Of a stretch of 64,000 nt of DNA, positions 10,101 to 18,722 are shown piece after piece. The notes beneath the pieces are model-generated. The model saw only the letters and a program-made list of their open reading frames with translations. It was not told the DNA's origin and searched no databases. Position 1 is the first letter of the stretch, and every line of letters begins with the position of its first letter. Made by a program: the position numbers and the translations under genes. The stretch comes from an uncultured Candidatus Entotheonella sp. (GTDB taxonomy: Bacteria; Tectomicrobia; Entotheonellia; Entotheonellales; Entotheonellaceae), in contig CBDCDA010000001.1 in assembly GCA_965215335.1 (NCBI GenBank), positions 1,248,001 through 1,312,000 on the forward strand. Reading direction: 5' to 3'.

Positions 10101-10547
10101 CGGGTCGTTCCAGTCCATCCAGTAGCCCAGCCGTATCGATTGTTCCGTCTGTACGGCGGCAAACCGCAACACCCGTTCCTTGCACTTGCGCACAAAGGCG
10201 TCCAGGCCATAGGTCTCGATATCGCGCTTGGACCGGAAGCCCAGTTCCTTTTCCACCTCTACCTCGACCCACAGCCCTTGGCAATCGAAACCGTTCTGGT
10301 AGCGCAGTTCCCGGCCGCGCATGGTCCAGAAACGGTTGAACACGTCCTTGTACGTCCGACCCCAACCGTGATGCACGCCGAGCGGGTTGTTGGCCGTCAC
10401 CGGCCCGTCCAGAAAGGACCATTTCGGTTGCCCGGCATGCAGGGTGCGCAGGGTTTGGAAAGCATTGGTGTCTTTCCACAACTGCAGCACCTCGTGTTCC
10501 TGTTTGGCGTAGTCGTCAACTTTGGCGGGGACATCCTGAAACGGCAT
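7170..10547 (-). CDS. ileS: Isoleucine--tRNA ligase, type 2
   Basis: FLDGPVTAN, GFDCQGLWVE, LVWTTTPWTLPSN, GTGIVHVAPG, DWMISKKRYWG, LSNWYIRRSRRR, and the IleRS2 C-terminus (EGLARELVRRIQ..R..AGF.IADRI). Confidence 0.97.
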   Translation of the reverse strand: MPFQDVPAKVDDYAKQEHEVLQLWKDTNAFQTLRTLHAGQPKWSFLDGPVTANNPLGVHHGWGRTYKDVFNRFWTMRGRELRYQNGFDCQGLWVEVEVEKELGFRSKRDIETYGLDAFVRKCKERVLRFAAVQTEQSIRLGYWMDWNDPDHLRELATALMENPSQRTTVQGPRGEVTGTVEQLVGRLGMPDLGGSYFTFSSENNYMIWTFLRQCWQRGWLYRGADVMPWCSRCATGISQHEIVTDGYQDLTHTSIALRLPLRGRQRESLLVWTTTPWTLPSNVVAAVGPDLMYVKARQGDEVLYLSKGTLHMLRGPYEVLGEMPGAALEGWSYDGPFDHLEAARQPGGNGALRDLAQDVSVCAAEAHRVVLWDEVSETEGTGIVHVAPGCGAEDFRLGRAHSLPILAPLDEEGYVVDGFGDFSGQHVSALLDGIRQTLADSGRLYHVEPYTHRYPTCWRCSTELVFRLVDEWFISMDELRHAMMAVTQQIHWIPAFGLDRELDWLRNMHDWMISKKRYWGLALPFWECAACGHYEVIGDDRALAARAVAGWDEFEGHTPHRPYIDAVKIACFKCGGQMQRITDVANPWLDAGIVGFSTLGYRTDRQGWRDWYPAHWISESFPGQFRNWFYSLLAMGTVLENSPPFKECFGYATLIAEDGRAMHKSWGNAIEFNEAADRMGVDVMRWLYCAHKPENNLPFGYQRADEVRRQFLIPLWNMYHFFVTYANLDGWEPDRAGFEPGRPEGPTPSSDNILDTWIVARLNQVAERCTTSLQDSDTHAATLAIAAFLDDLSNWYIRRSRRRYWKSTHDTDKHTAYATLYHVLVKLVKLLAPLTPFITEMIYQNLVRAMQPGAYDSVHHCDWPEADLAIVDTTLLDQMALARQITSLGLGSRGSANIRVRQPLAAALAYVHEDETGWNGTCTAIVCEELNVKSLQFVEREAQLLSYEVLPNNKLLGPRLGATLARARAALTHADTGAVVQRVQSGNPVTLSIDGETFELAPDEVLIRTHPAAGLAVATDRGVTVAVETDIPPALRTEGLARELVRRIQVMRRDAGFNIADRIVTYGLSNGPLADAMLTWSDYVKAETLSTDLVVDTPPPEAYSEEHRIDGMIITLGVQRRAVAE

Positions 10548-10700
10548 GAATCATCTTCTCCTGGGGTGGGCATTCAATACGCTGCGCTCGCATTTTCAGG
10601 GGCGGCATTCTACGACAGGTAAAATGTGCGGGACAAGGAAAAGGGCGGTCCGGAGAGCGGGGTCAGGGAGCATCATACGGAATACAGAGGGAGAGAAGCG

Positions 10701-11255
10701 ATGCAGGCCATCATCGGCGCATGCAAACTGGAACTGGTCACCGGCGACATTACCCGCCAGACGACCGATGCCATCGTCAACGCAGCCAATCGCCGGCTCG
10801 CCGGAGGTGGGGGCGTGGACGGCGCCATCCACCGCGACGGCGGTTCCAGCATCATGGAAGAAACGCGGCGACATTACCCGCAAGGCTGTCCGACGGGGGA
10901 CGCCGTCGTCACCGGAGCTGGCAAACTACCCGCACGACACGTCATTCACGCCGTGGGACCTATCTGGAAGCGCGGGCAGGATCAGGAGGCATCCTTGCTG
11001 GCGAGCGCGTACCGGCGCAGTCTCGAAGTCGCCAGCGCGCAACAATGCGCCAGCGTCGCCTTTCCTTCGCTTTCAACCGGCGCCTATGCCTACCCGTTGC
11101 AGCAAGCCGCTCACATCGCATTGCGCACCGTGGCCGCCTACCTGCGGCAGCATGGCCAGCCGGGGCTGGTGCGATTCGTCCTCTTCGGCGACCGAGCGTA
11201 CGAGGCGTATACCGCCGCGCTCGCCGCCATGCTGAGGGAAAATCCTTGCCGATAG
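10701..11255 (+). CDS. Macro-domain O-acetyl-ADP-ribose deacetylase (YmdB-like)
   Basis: GDIT..TDAIVNAAN..LAGGGGVDGAIH, VIHAVGPIW, SVAFPSLSTGAYAYP. Confidence 0.93.
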   Translation: MQAIIGACKLELVTGDITRQTTDAIVNAANRRLAGGGGVDGAIHRDGGSSIMEETRRHYPQGCPTGDAVVTGAGKLPARHVIHAVGPIWKRGQDQEASLLASAYRRSLEVASAQQCASVAFPSLSTGAYAYPLQQAAHIALRTVAAYLRQHGQPGLVRFVLFGDRAYEAYTAALAAMLRENPCR

Positions 11256-11371
11256 CCGTATGGTGTGCTACAGTTTCAGGATACTCGTATATACCTTTAT
11301 CATATCCTGAAAGCAGCGGTCTCCTGCCATGCAGGAGGACAGACCGCTGCTCAATTAAGGAGTTGTAAGGG

Positions 11372-11851
11372 ATGCACGGACAATCCCTGCCACCGTTTTC
11401 CACACCTGCCGCCGGTCCCGACTCCACCACCAAAGCTGCCCCGACGCCAAATCCCCAGCCAGAAGCCAGCAGTGTCGGACACGCCCAGTACAATTGCGTC
11501 CATTACAGCACCTGCCTAGGCACCGCTGCCGATCGGGGCTGGCCGGGGCTGAGTTGCACCAGCTGTACGGCCTACCGTCCGGTACCCAGCGAGGCGGTTC
11601 CCTACGATGCCTGCGCGCAACTGCTTGGCGCCGTCCTGCGTACCGCTCAACACGACCTGGAACACAGCCTGGACGACAGCTTCTGGGAGGCTGCCACATT
11701 TGTCTTCTATCAACAGGATTTCGCGGTCCTGTGCGGGCTCCTCGACATTGATCCCGATGCGGCCCGGCAGGCGCAATGGGCTCGGCTGACGACGATGCAA
11801 CAGGAAGCCATCGCCGGACGCTGGCCGCATGCCACGCTCGCTCTTCACTGA
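11372..11851 (+). CDS. Hypothetical protein with a putative Zn-binding Cys motif
   Basis: AAGGAG SD; CVHYSTC...SCTSC; followed by a terminator-like hairpin. Confidence 0.6.
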   Translation: MHGQSLPPFSTPAAGPDSTTKAAPTPNPQPEASSVGHAQYNCVHYSTCLGTAADRGWPGLSCTSCTAYRPVPSEAVPYDACAQLLGAVLRTAQHDLEHSLDDSFWEAATFVFYQQDFAVLCGLLDIDPDAARQAQWARLTTMQQEAIAGRWPHATLALH

Positions 11852-11861
11852 GCCTAGCGAT

Positions 11862-11909
11862 AAAAGGCCATGCCGGAGCGGTGCGAACGCCGCTTCAGCA
11901 GGGCTTTTT
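11862..11909. terminator. Probable bidirectional terminator hairpin between convergent genes
   Basis: AAAAGGCC-ATGC-CGGAGCGG...CCGCTTCA-GCA-GGGCTTTTT: A-tract and T-tract flanking an imperfect stem. Confidence 0.5.
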
Positions 11910-11917
11910 CCTTTGCT

Positions 11918-13257
11918 TCAAGCAAGCAGGAAAAACCGGGCGGCAAACAGGTACATGACCAAACCGATGATATCGATGGCGGTGGTGAGAAACGGCCCGC
12001 TCGCCACGGCCGGATCAATGCCCATACGAGCGAAAGCCAGCGGCAGCAAACCGCCCAGCACGGCGGCGACCGTCATCGAGGCGCAGATCGCCGAGCCCAC
12101 CACCAGTCCCAGCATCGGGGAGCCCTGCCAGATGAACGCCACGGCTCCCAGCAACACACCATAAATCACCCCTAACGATAATCCGACGCGGCCTTCCCGC
12201 AACAAGGCATGGAGGGACCTGCGCGGGTCAATTGCGTGGCGGCGTTGCCGCCCATGCCGATGATCACGGGAAAAAACGCCGCCAGCACGACCAGGCTTTG
12301 CAGGGTGACTTCATAGGCGTTGATGACGTACGAGGCGAGCAGGCCACCGAGCCAGCTCACGAACAGCCACGGCAAGCGATGTCGAATGGTGTGTCGGGAA
12401 GAACTGTCGAGCATCTCGTCCGGGTGCACACCGGCGAGGCGCAGGATGTCCTCCGTCGCCTCCTCGCCAATGACGTCGATGATGTCATCGACGGTGACGA
12501 TGCCCATCATATGGCCCTGGCCGTCAACAACCGGCAAGGCAAGGAAATCGAACCGGGTGATCAGGCGCGCGATGTCCTCCTGCGGCTCGTCCAGGCTGAC
12601 GCGAATCATCTCGGTTTCCATGAGGTCGCGCAGGCGGCTCTCGGGGTCGGCCATCACCAGTTGCCGCAACGACACGACGCCGGCCAAGCGGTGTTCGCTG
12701 TCCACCACGTAGACATAGAACACCGTCTCGGCCTGCCCCGCCCTGCGGAGGTGCTGCAGGGCCTTGGAAACCGTGCACGTGTCCTCCAGCGAAAAGTACT
12801 GCGTTGTCATGAGGCCACCGGCCGTACGCGGGTCATACGACAGCAGCCGGTCAATCTGGACAGCCAGCGCTTCGGGCAGTTGATGCAGCATTTTCGTCAA
12901 GCGTTCCGGGGGCATCTCGCCGAGGATGTCGGTGGCGTCGTCCGGCGGCAGGAGCTTGACCATGGCCACAAGTCGAGCCGTAGAGAGATGCAGCACCAGG
13001 GCGGCGCGCGTCTCCTCGTCGAGGTAGGTGAACATGGTGGTGGCAAGGGCCGTATCAGGCAGGCGCTGCAGCAATTTGCTCTGCTCGCTGAGTGTCATAT
13101 TATGGAGAATTTCGGCGCACTCACTGCCGTGCAGTTTAGCGAGCAATCGCACCAGATTAGTGTACGCTTCACGGCGCAGCAGACGGCGGGTCGCCTCTAC
13201 CGGCAGGGCGCGATGGGGTATCACCTCCGGCGGCTGGACCGTTGGGATTCCATCCAT
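11918..13257 (-). pseudogene. mgtE: Magnesium transporter MgtE, frameshifted by a short deletion near 12230
   Basis: N-domain, CBS pair, RLPWL, MGGNAATQ in ORF 12172-13257. The remainder (IDPRRSLHALLREGRVG...GIDPAVASGPFLTTAIDIIG) is in another frame, and the usual linker after GGN.TQ is missing. Confidence 0.85.
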
Positions 13258-13445
13258 GAAATTGGCTCCGGAGCGCGCAAGACAGCCTCAAATAAAGGTC
13301 GGAAGAAATAACAGCAGGTGATTGTAGCACACTTGTTCCTGACCGGAAGCCGCGGCTATAATGACACCAATGTGCTGGGAACGATGGCGCAGAGCGAGCC
13401 TTCGGTAAGCAGGGGCTCGTTGAATATCCTTGCATAAGGGCCTCC

Positions 13446-14783
13446 ATGGACGTCTTGTTTCGCATCTGGGCGATCCTGGCGCTTGTCGGGCTGAATGCCT
13501 TCTTTGTAGCAGCGGAATTTGCCCTCGTCGGAGCCCGCACCACCCGCCTGCAACCCCTCGCCGAGGCCGGTGACGGCAAGGCCCGCGGTGCCCTGAAAGC
13601 CCTGCAGCACCTCGACGACTACATTTCCGCCACCCAACTGGGTATTACCCTCGCCTCCCTGTCGCTGGGCTGGATCGGCGAGGCAACCCTTGCCACCCTG
13701 CTGATGCACGTCTTTCATGCCCTGCCCTCCCCTTTCGCCAGTCTGGCATCCCACGCGGTGGCCGTGCCGGTGGCCTTCGCCTGCATCACCTTTCTACATA
13801 TTGTCCTGGGCGAGCTCGCCCCGAAATCCTTGGCACTGCTGCACCCGGAGCAAATCAGCCGCTGGGTGGCACGTCCGTTGACGCTGTTCATGTATGCCTT
13901 CTGGCCGGCGATCTGGCTTCTGAACCAGAGCGCCAGCGTCTTCCTGCGACTGTTCTCCGTGCGCCCGCCAAACCATGCGGAGCGCGTGCATGCACCCGAG
14001 GAGCTTCTTTTACTACTCTCGGAAAGCCACCGGCACGGCCTGGTGGAGGAGTCGGACGCGCGCATGATCGCCAGCGTGCTCGACCTATCGCACACCAGCG
14101 TGCGGCAGGCCATGACGCCGCGAACCGACATCTGGGCCGTGGAATGCTCATGGCCTCTGGAAAAGGTGATCGATGTCGTATGCCGCAGCGGCAACTCGCG
14201 GCTGCCGGTCTACGACGACGCGCTCGACCACATCGTCGGGGTTGTACTTGCCAAGGACCTCTTGGGTTTTCCCAATGACGAGAAACCTTTCAGCCTCGGC
14301 GCCATCATGCGCAAGCCGTTCTTCATCCCCCCCACGGCGCGCGTGGACGAACTGATGCGCGCCCTGCAACAGCGCAATGCGCACCTGGCCATCGTCGTCG
14401 ACGAATACGGCGGAACACTGGGGCTGATTACCCTTGAAGACCTCATCGAGGAGATTGTCGGGGAGATATTTGACGAGCATGACGACGCCAGCGAGAACAT
14501 GCAGGCGACGCCGGAGGGGCACCTCAGCGTGCCGGGCGACCTGGCCATCGAGAAGCTCAACGAACGCTACAACCTGGATTTGCCGGATGACGATTACGTC
14601 ACCGTCGCCGGGCTGGTTCTCTCGGCGCTGGAGCACATCCCCACGGTGGGCGAATACGTGCGAGCCTATGGCGTCACCTTCCACGTCACCGCCATGGACC
14701 ACCTGCGCATCGAACGCCTCGAAATCACCCTCCCCGAACCACACGGCGAGATAACCCCCATCGCTTCCGACACGTCCGACTGA
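13446..14783 (+). CDS. Hemolysin/CorB-CorC (CNNM) family protein: DUF21-CBS-CorC
   Basis: LNAFFVAAEFALV, QLGITLASL.LGW.GE, GELAPK, MTPR, SRLPVY, VVDEYGGT.G.ITLED.IEEIVGEI.DEHD. Confidence 0.93.
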   Translation: MDVLFRIWAILALVGLNAFFVAAEFALVGARTTRLQPLAEAGDGKARGALKALQHLDDYISATQLGITLASLSLGWIGEATLATLLMHVFHALPSPFASLASHAVAVPVAFACITFLHIVLGELAPKSLALLHPEQISRWVARPLTLFMYAFWPAIWLLNQSASVFLRLFSVRPPNHAERVHAPEELLLLLSESHRHGLVEESDARMIASVLDLSHTSVRQAMTPRTDIWAVECSWPLEKVIDVVCRSGNSRLPVYDDALDHIVGVVLAKDLLGFPNDEKPFSLGAIMRKPFFIPPTARVDELMRALQQRNAHLAIVVDEYGGTLGLITLEDLIEEIVGEIFDEHDDASENMQATPEGHLSVPGDLAIEKLNERYNLDLPDDDYVTVAGLVLSALEHIPTVGEYVRAYGVTFHVTAMDHLRIERLEITLPEPHGEITPIASDTSD

Positions 14784-14790
14784 GGTGCCG

Positions 14791-17340
14791 TCACGCCCTC
14801 GCCGCTTCGCCGGGTACCAGCAATCCGAATCGATTGCGCCACGGCACTTCAAGCACCCCGCGCAGGGGATCGTTCGATGTCTCGGCCATGGTGTCGTGGG
14901 TGGCGATTCGGAACAACGGCGTGCCCGTCTTCACCCCCTGGCCGTTTTCGACCCGTATCTCCGTCACTACGCCGTCCACCGGGCTGGGCAGATCGGTAAA
15001 CATCTTCATCGCTTCCAGCAGGGCCAGCGTCTGACCCACCTTGACGTCTGCGCCGACTTCCACGAACGGCGGAGCGCCAGGCTCCGGATAATGATAAATC
15101 GTGGCTTCCATGGGAGAGAGCAGTTCGCCGTAGCGCAATACGGCGGGCCGCAGGCTGCGGCTGAGAAGCCGCAGCAGATGGCCAACGGTACCCGCCTCCT
15201 GCAGGTAGACCGGACGAGACAGGGAAAGATTGGCGTTGTGCGCCAGGCAGTCGTGAATCTGCGTGCGCTCGAGGGTTTCGATGAGGCCGCTAATGGCCGG
15301 CGCCTCGGCGGTCAACCAGCCCAGCAACTCCTGGAGCAGATCGGCTGCCTTCTGACAGGACAAGGTCGAGACTGGAGCGGTGAGCTGTTCGAGCAGTGAC
15401 GCGTAGACCGGCTCGTCTTGCAGACGTCCGGCGACGGCGGCGCACATGAGGGCTTTCAGCCGCTTGTCGAAACGCCCAACAGCCTCCCATAGCGCGTCCA
15501 TGGCCCGTTGCAAGGCAAGGCCGCGCTGGCGCTCCTCCTCGAACAGCGGCACGTCCAGCTCGACGGCGAGTTGCCAGAGCACCTCGAGGGTCGTCAGCGG
15601 ACGCTTGCGCAACTGCGTCAGGCGCTTCAGGTAGAACGTCAGCAGACGGCTGGGATGGGCGAAGCCTGCTTCCAGCGTAGCGCCCAACAGGCGGGCGACG
15701 AGGGCCGGATGGTTCGGCGTCGGACGGCGCGGATAACGGGGAACGCGCGCCAGCACGGCCGATTTTTGAGCCTCGACGCCGGCCGTGAGGGCCATCCACA
15801 GGAGGCTGGTATCGGTACGGAAGGCGGTTTCGGCAGGCAAGGCCCGCATCAGGGTCACGAGCCCCAGAATGGGTTGGAGATTGGTCTGCAACTCGGCGTC
15901 CCCGGTCACCTCCAAGCCGTCCTGCAGGACGCTGACGAGACGATCCAGGGTCTCGTGACGGTCGGCCCCGTGCACGATGATCAGGGCGAAATTGGCGTCA
16001 TAACTGGGAACGACCCAGGGCCCTCGGCGCTCCTGCAAGCCGCCGGCATCGATGCGTACGTGGGCGCCGAGTTCAGGCGGCAGGTTGCAGCGCAAGGCAT
16101 GGACAACGCCGCCGAGCACCGGGTTGAGGTCCTCGTGCCAGGCGTTGAGGCGCACCTCGATGGCGTCGCCGACGCAGGCAATGTCCCGCTGGTCGAACGA
16201 CAGCCGCTCGCCCGCCGCCACGCGCTGCTGCATCTCGACCAGGCTGATGGGCTCGCCGTGCACGCGCGCGATGCCTTCGGTGACGGCATGCTCGACCTGG
16301 ATGCGCGGGTTGACTTCGAGAAAGTATGGCTCGCCCTGCTCATCCACCAAAAACTCAACGGTCGCGGCGCCCCGCAACTGCACCGCCTGCCCCAGGCGTT
16401 GGGCATCCCCACAGATGTGCTCCAGGGTCTGACGCCGGCGGCACAGGCTGTCGATGCGTACGGCGTCGTCCTTGGGATCGAGACGCTGCATCTCCTGCGT
16501 GATGGCCTGCGGGTGCAGGGCCATTTCGATGAATTTCTGATAGCCATGATTCTGCACCGAGCAGTCGCGGGCCGCGAAGTGAACGACGGTCTCGCCGTCG
16601 CCAAATATCTGCACCTCCCAGTGTAGCGGACGCGGGATGTCGAGCTCGATCAGCACGCCCTTGCGCGCGTCGGCCTCCGACGGCGAGACGCCCATCTCCG
16701 ACCACACCTTGGCCAGCGCCTCGCGGACGATGTCGGCTGCCTGCGGGCCGTCCAGTTCCTCGGCGGCGAGCACCCGCTGGCCCTTGCCGCCGCCGCCGCC
16801 CGGATGCTTGAGGCGAAGGGGATAACCGGGATATTGCACCGCCATGGCGAGCGTGCGGCGCACCGTTTCCGTGGCAAGGGTCGCCTGGTCCGCAGAGCGC
16901 GCAAAACCGACCAGCGTATCGTCGCCAGGGATGGTGGGAATGTGCAGCCGCCGGGCCAGCGCGACGGCTGCATCCTTATCGCCAACGGCGCGCAGGGTGT
17001 CCGCCGTCGGGCCGATGAAGCGCAGTCCGGCCGCCTCGACACGCGCGGCAAAGCCGGCGTTCTCCGCCAGAAAGCCGTAGCCCGGATAGATGGCGTCAAT
17101 GCGGTGCTGAACGGCGATGCGCAGGATGGTTTCAACGTCATCGTATTCCTCTACGTAATGGACGTGGTCGGCTGGCAGATTGGCGATCCACGGCGCCGCG
17201 CGGCGCCCATCGGCAATCCATTCCTTGGACGACACCACGGCGTGGGGCGACAGCCAACCCCGCTGGCGATACACCTCCAGCGTCTCAAAGGCGATGGGGC
17301 CGCGGCAAATCAGCAGCGTGCGCATCGCCTCAACCGGCAT
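14791..17340 (-). CDS. Biotin carboxylase-BCCP fusion subunit of an acyl-CoA carboxylase
   Basis: RGPIA, YPGYGFLAEN, GGGGKG, RDCSVQ, FLEVNPRIQVEH; C-terminal EAMKM biotin site. Start uncertain (17325, 17340 or 17433). Confidence 0.85.
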   Translation of the reverse strand: MPVEAMRTLLICRGPIAFETLEVYRQRGWLSPHAVVSSKEWIADGRRAAPWIANLPADHVHYVEEYDDVETILRIAVQHRIDAIYPGYGFLAENAGFAARVEAAGLRFIGPTADTLRAVGDKDAAVALARRLHIPTIPGDDTLVGFARSADQATLATETVRRTLAMAVQYPGYPLRLKHPGGGGGKGQRVLAAEELDGPQAADIVREALAKVWSEMGVSPSEADARKGVLIELDIPRPLHWEVQIFGDGETVVHFAARDCSVQNHGYQKFIEMALHPQAITQEMQRLDPKDDAVRIDSLCRRRQTLEHICGDAQRLGQAVQLRGAATVEFLVDEQGEPYFLEVNPRIQVEHAVTEGIARVHGEPISLVEMQQRVAAGERLSFDQRDIACVGDAIEVRLNAWHEDLNPVLGGVVHALRCNLPPELGAHVRIDAGGLQERRGPWVVPSYDANFALIIVHGADRHETLDRLVSVLQDGLEVTGDAELQTNLQPILGLVTLMRALPAETAFRTDTSLLWMALTAGVEAQKSAVLARVPRYPRRPTPNHPALVARLLGATLEAGFAHPSRLLTFYLKRLTQLRKRPLTTLEVLWQLAVELDVPLFEEERQRGLALQRAMDALWEAVGRFDKRLKALMCAAVAGRLQDEPVYASLLEQLTAPVSTLSCQKAADLLQELLGWLTAEAPAISGLIETLERTQIHDCLAHNANLSLSRPVYLQEAGTVGHLLRLLSRSLRPAVLRYGELLSPMEATIYHYPEPGAPPFVEVGADVKVGQTLALLEAMKMFTDLPSPVDGVVTEIRVENGQGVKTGTPLFRIATHDTMAETSNDPLRGVLEVPWRNRFGLLVPGEAARA

Positions 17341-17572
17341 AGCAGGGTGCGATTGCTCCAATGGTGTCAATGGTGTCAAGGGAAAAGACATCGAGGGCCG
17401 GTTTCCGAGGAAAGGAGGATATGCGTCGGACACTCAATGACAATCCAAAAAGGAAAGCGCCCATACAGGTCGGTGGGGGCATCGAGGATTACGGCTGTCT
17501 CTCTCGCAACAAGGAGAAATCTACCATACCATGCGGAAACAGGAAAGACGGTGTGCAAATTTTCCGCCAAGA

Positions 17573-18718
17573 TCAGCATCGTCGCACGCGCGGGTCTACG
17601 GCGTCGCGCAGGCCGTCGCCCATGTAGTTGATGCTCAATACGGTCAGCGAGTTGGCCAGGCCGGGCCAAATCACCCGTGCCGGCGTGTGAGGCTGAGGAA
17701 GGACACCCCGTCGTACAGCAGCCGGCCCCAGGGTCTGAAAATCGGACGGGAAACCGAGTCCGAGAAAGCTCAGGGCGCTTTCCGTAATGATCGCTTGCGC
17801 AATCCCGAGCGTGGCGGATTCTCGGGTCGAGCACCCCGTACAGGAGGTCCGCCAGCAGATTGAACACCACGATCAGCATCGCGAAGATAAACGTCGCGGT
17901 CTACACGGCGGGAATGTCGGCGTAGAACTTCTGGCTAGGTGCCCGGGCTCGATGGGTCACCGCCGAAGAACACCGACGCGTTGATGTTCTTCAACTCGCT
18001 CTCCGCGCCGATTTCTCGCCACATCTGCTTGATCAGGGCCTGGGCACCCTGACGGACGGAATTGGTCGAGGTCTGGTAGTCGAAATTCCGCTACCATTAC
18101 CATGAAGGGGGGCCGGTGCCGACTGGGCCGAAGTTTTGCTGGGTACACTCCGGCGCCCGCGCAGGCCACGAACTGCTTTTTCTGGATGACCGGCGATACC
18201 GAGCCGACGAACGGAACGTAGGGGAACGGCATGGGAACCTCGAACGTGACGTGTACCGTGTGGCTGTCGATAGACTCGACGGCCTTCACGTCCTGGAACC
18301 GGCTGGGCGGCGCTGCAGGCGCCGGCGGGGTCCATGCAACAAGCCGCCGTGAATGCCACGTCCGCGGCGGCGAACGGACTGCCGTCCGACCACACCACAT
18401 CTTGTTGTTGCAGCCTCTCCAGGTGACAGACAGGAGGTCCGTCGAGACACCGCCGTTTTCAACCGCCAATGCCGAAACCATCTCGCCGTTCTCGTCGTAG
18501 CGCGCCAGGGGTTCCAGAACCAGCTAAGCCGCGTGGATGTCCTTGGTTCCGCCCGACAGAAACGGGTTCAGGATGGACGGCGCCTGCCAGTAGAGCATTT
18601 TCAGCTGGCCGTCGGTGCCTCGCTCGCCGGCGGCCGCGGACACGAGCGACAGGATAACGATCAGGGGCAAGATGAACAGTCGCAAAGATCGGGGAGCTAC
18701 AGTCCTAGCCGCGCGCAA
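17573..18718 (-). pseudogene. Collapsed peptide ABC transporter operon (OppA/OppB/OppC pieces)
   Basis: SBP: LYWQAPSILNPFLSGGTKD..AA*LVLEPLARYDE, WSDGSPFAAADVAFT. Permease B end: VVFNLLADLLYGVLDPRIR. Permease C end: AIITESALSFLGLG...WPGL...INYMGDGLRDAVDPR. Confidence 0.85.
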
Positions 18719-18722
18719 ATAC

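Noticed and set aside
7719..10622. 967-aa plus-strand ORF, and similar long antisense ORFs (35843-38005, 18615-20429, 46137-47447, 60146-61387)
   Set aside because: These are shadow frames of real GC-rich genes on the opposite strand and have no family motifs.
10540..10700. T-box leader for ileS
   Set aside because: The intergenic region is short and lacks T-box and terminator motifs.
17359..17379. 9-bp tandem repeat containing two TTGACA hexamers upstream of the BC gene
   Set aside because: No -10 box at a suitable spacing; too short to call a promoter or operator.
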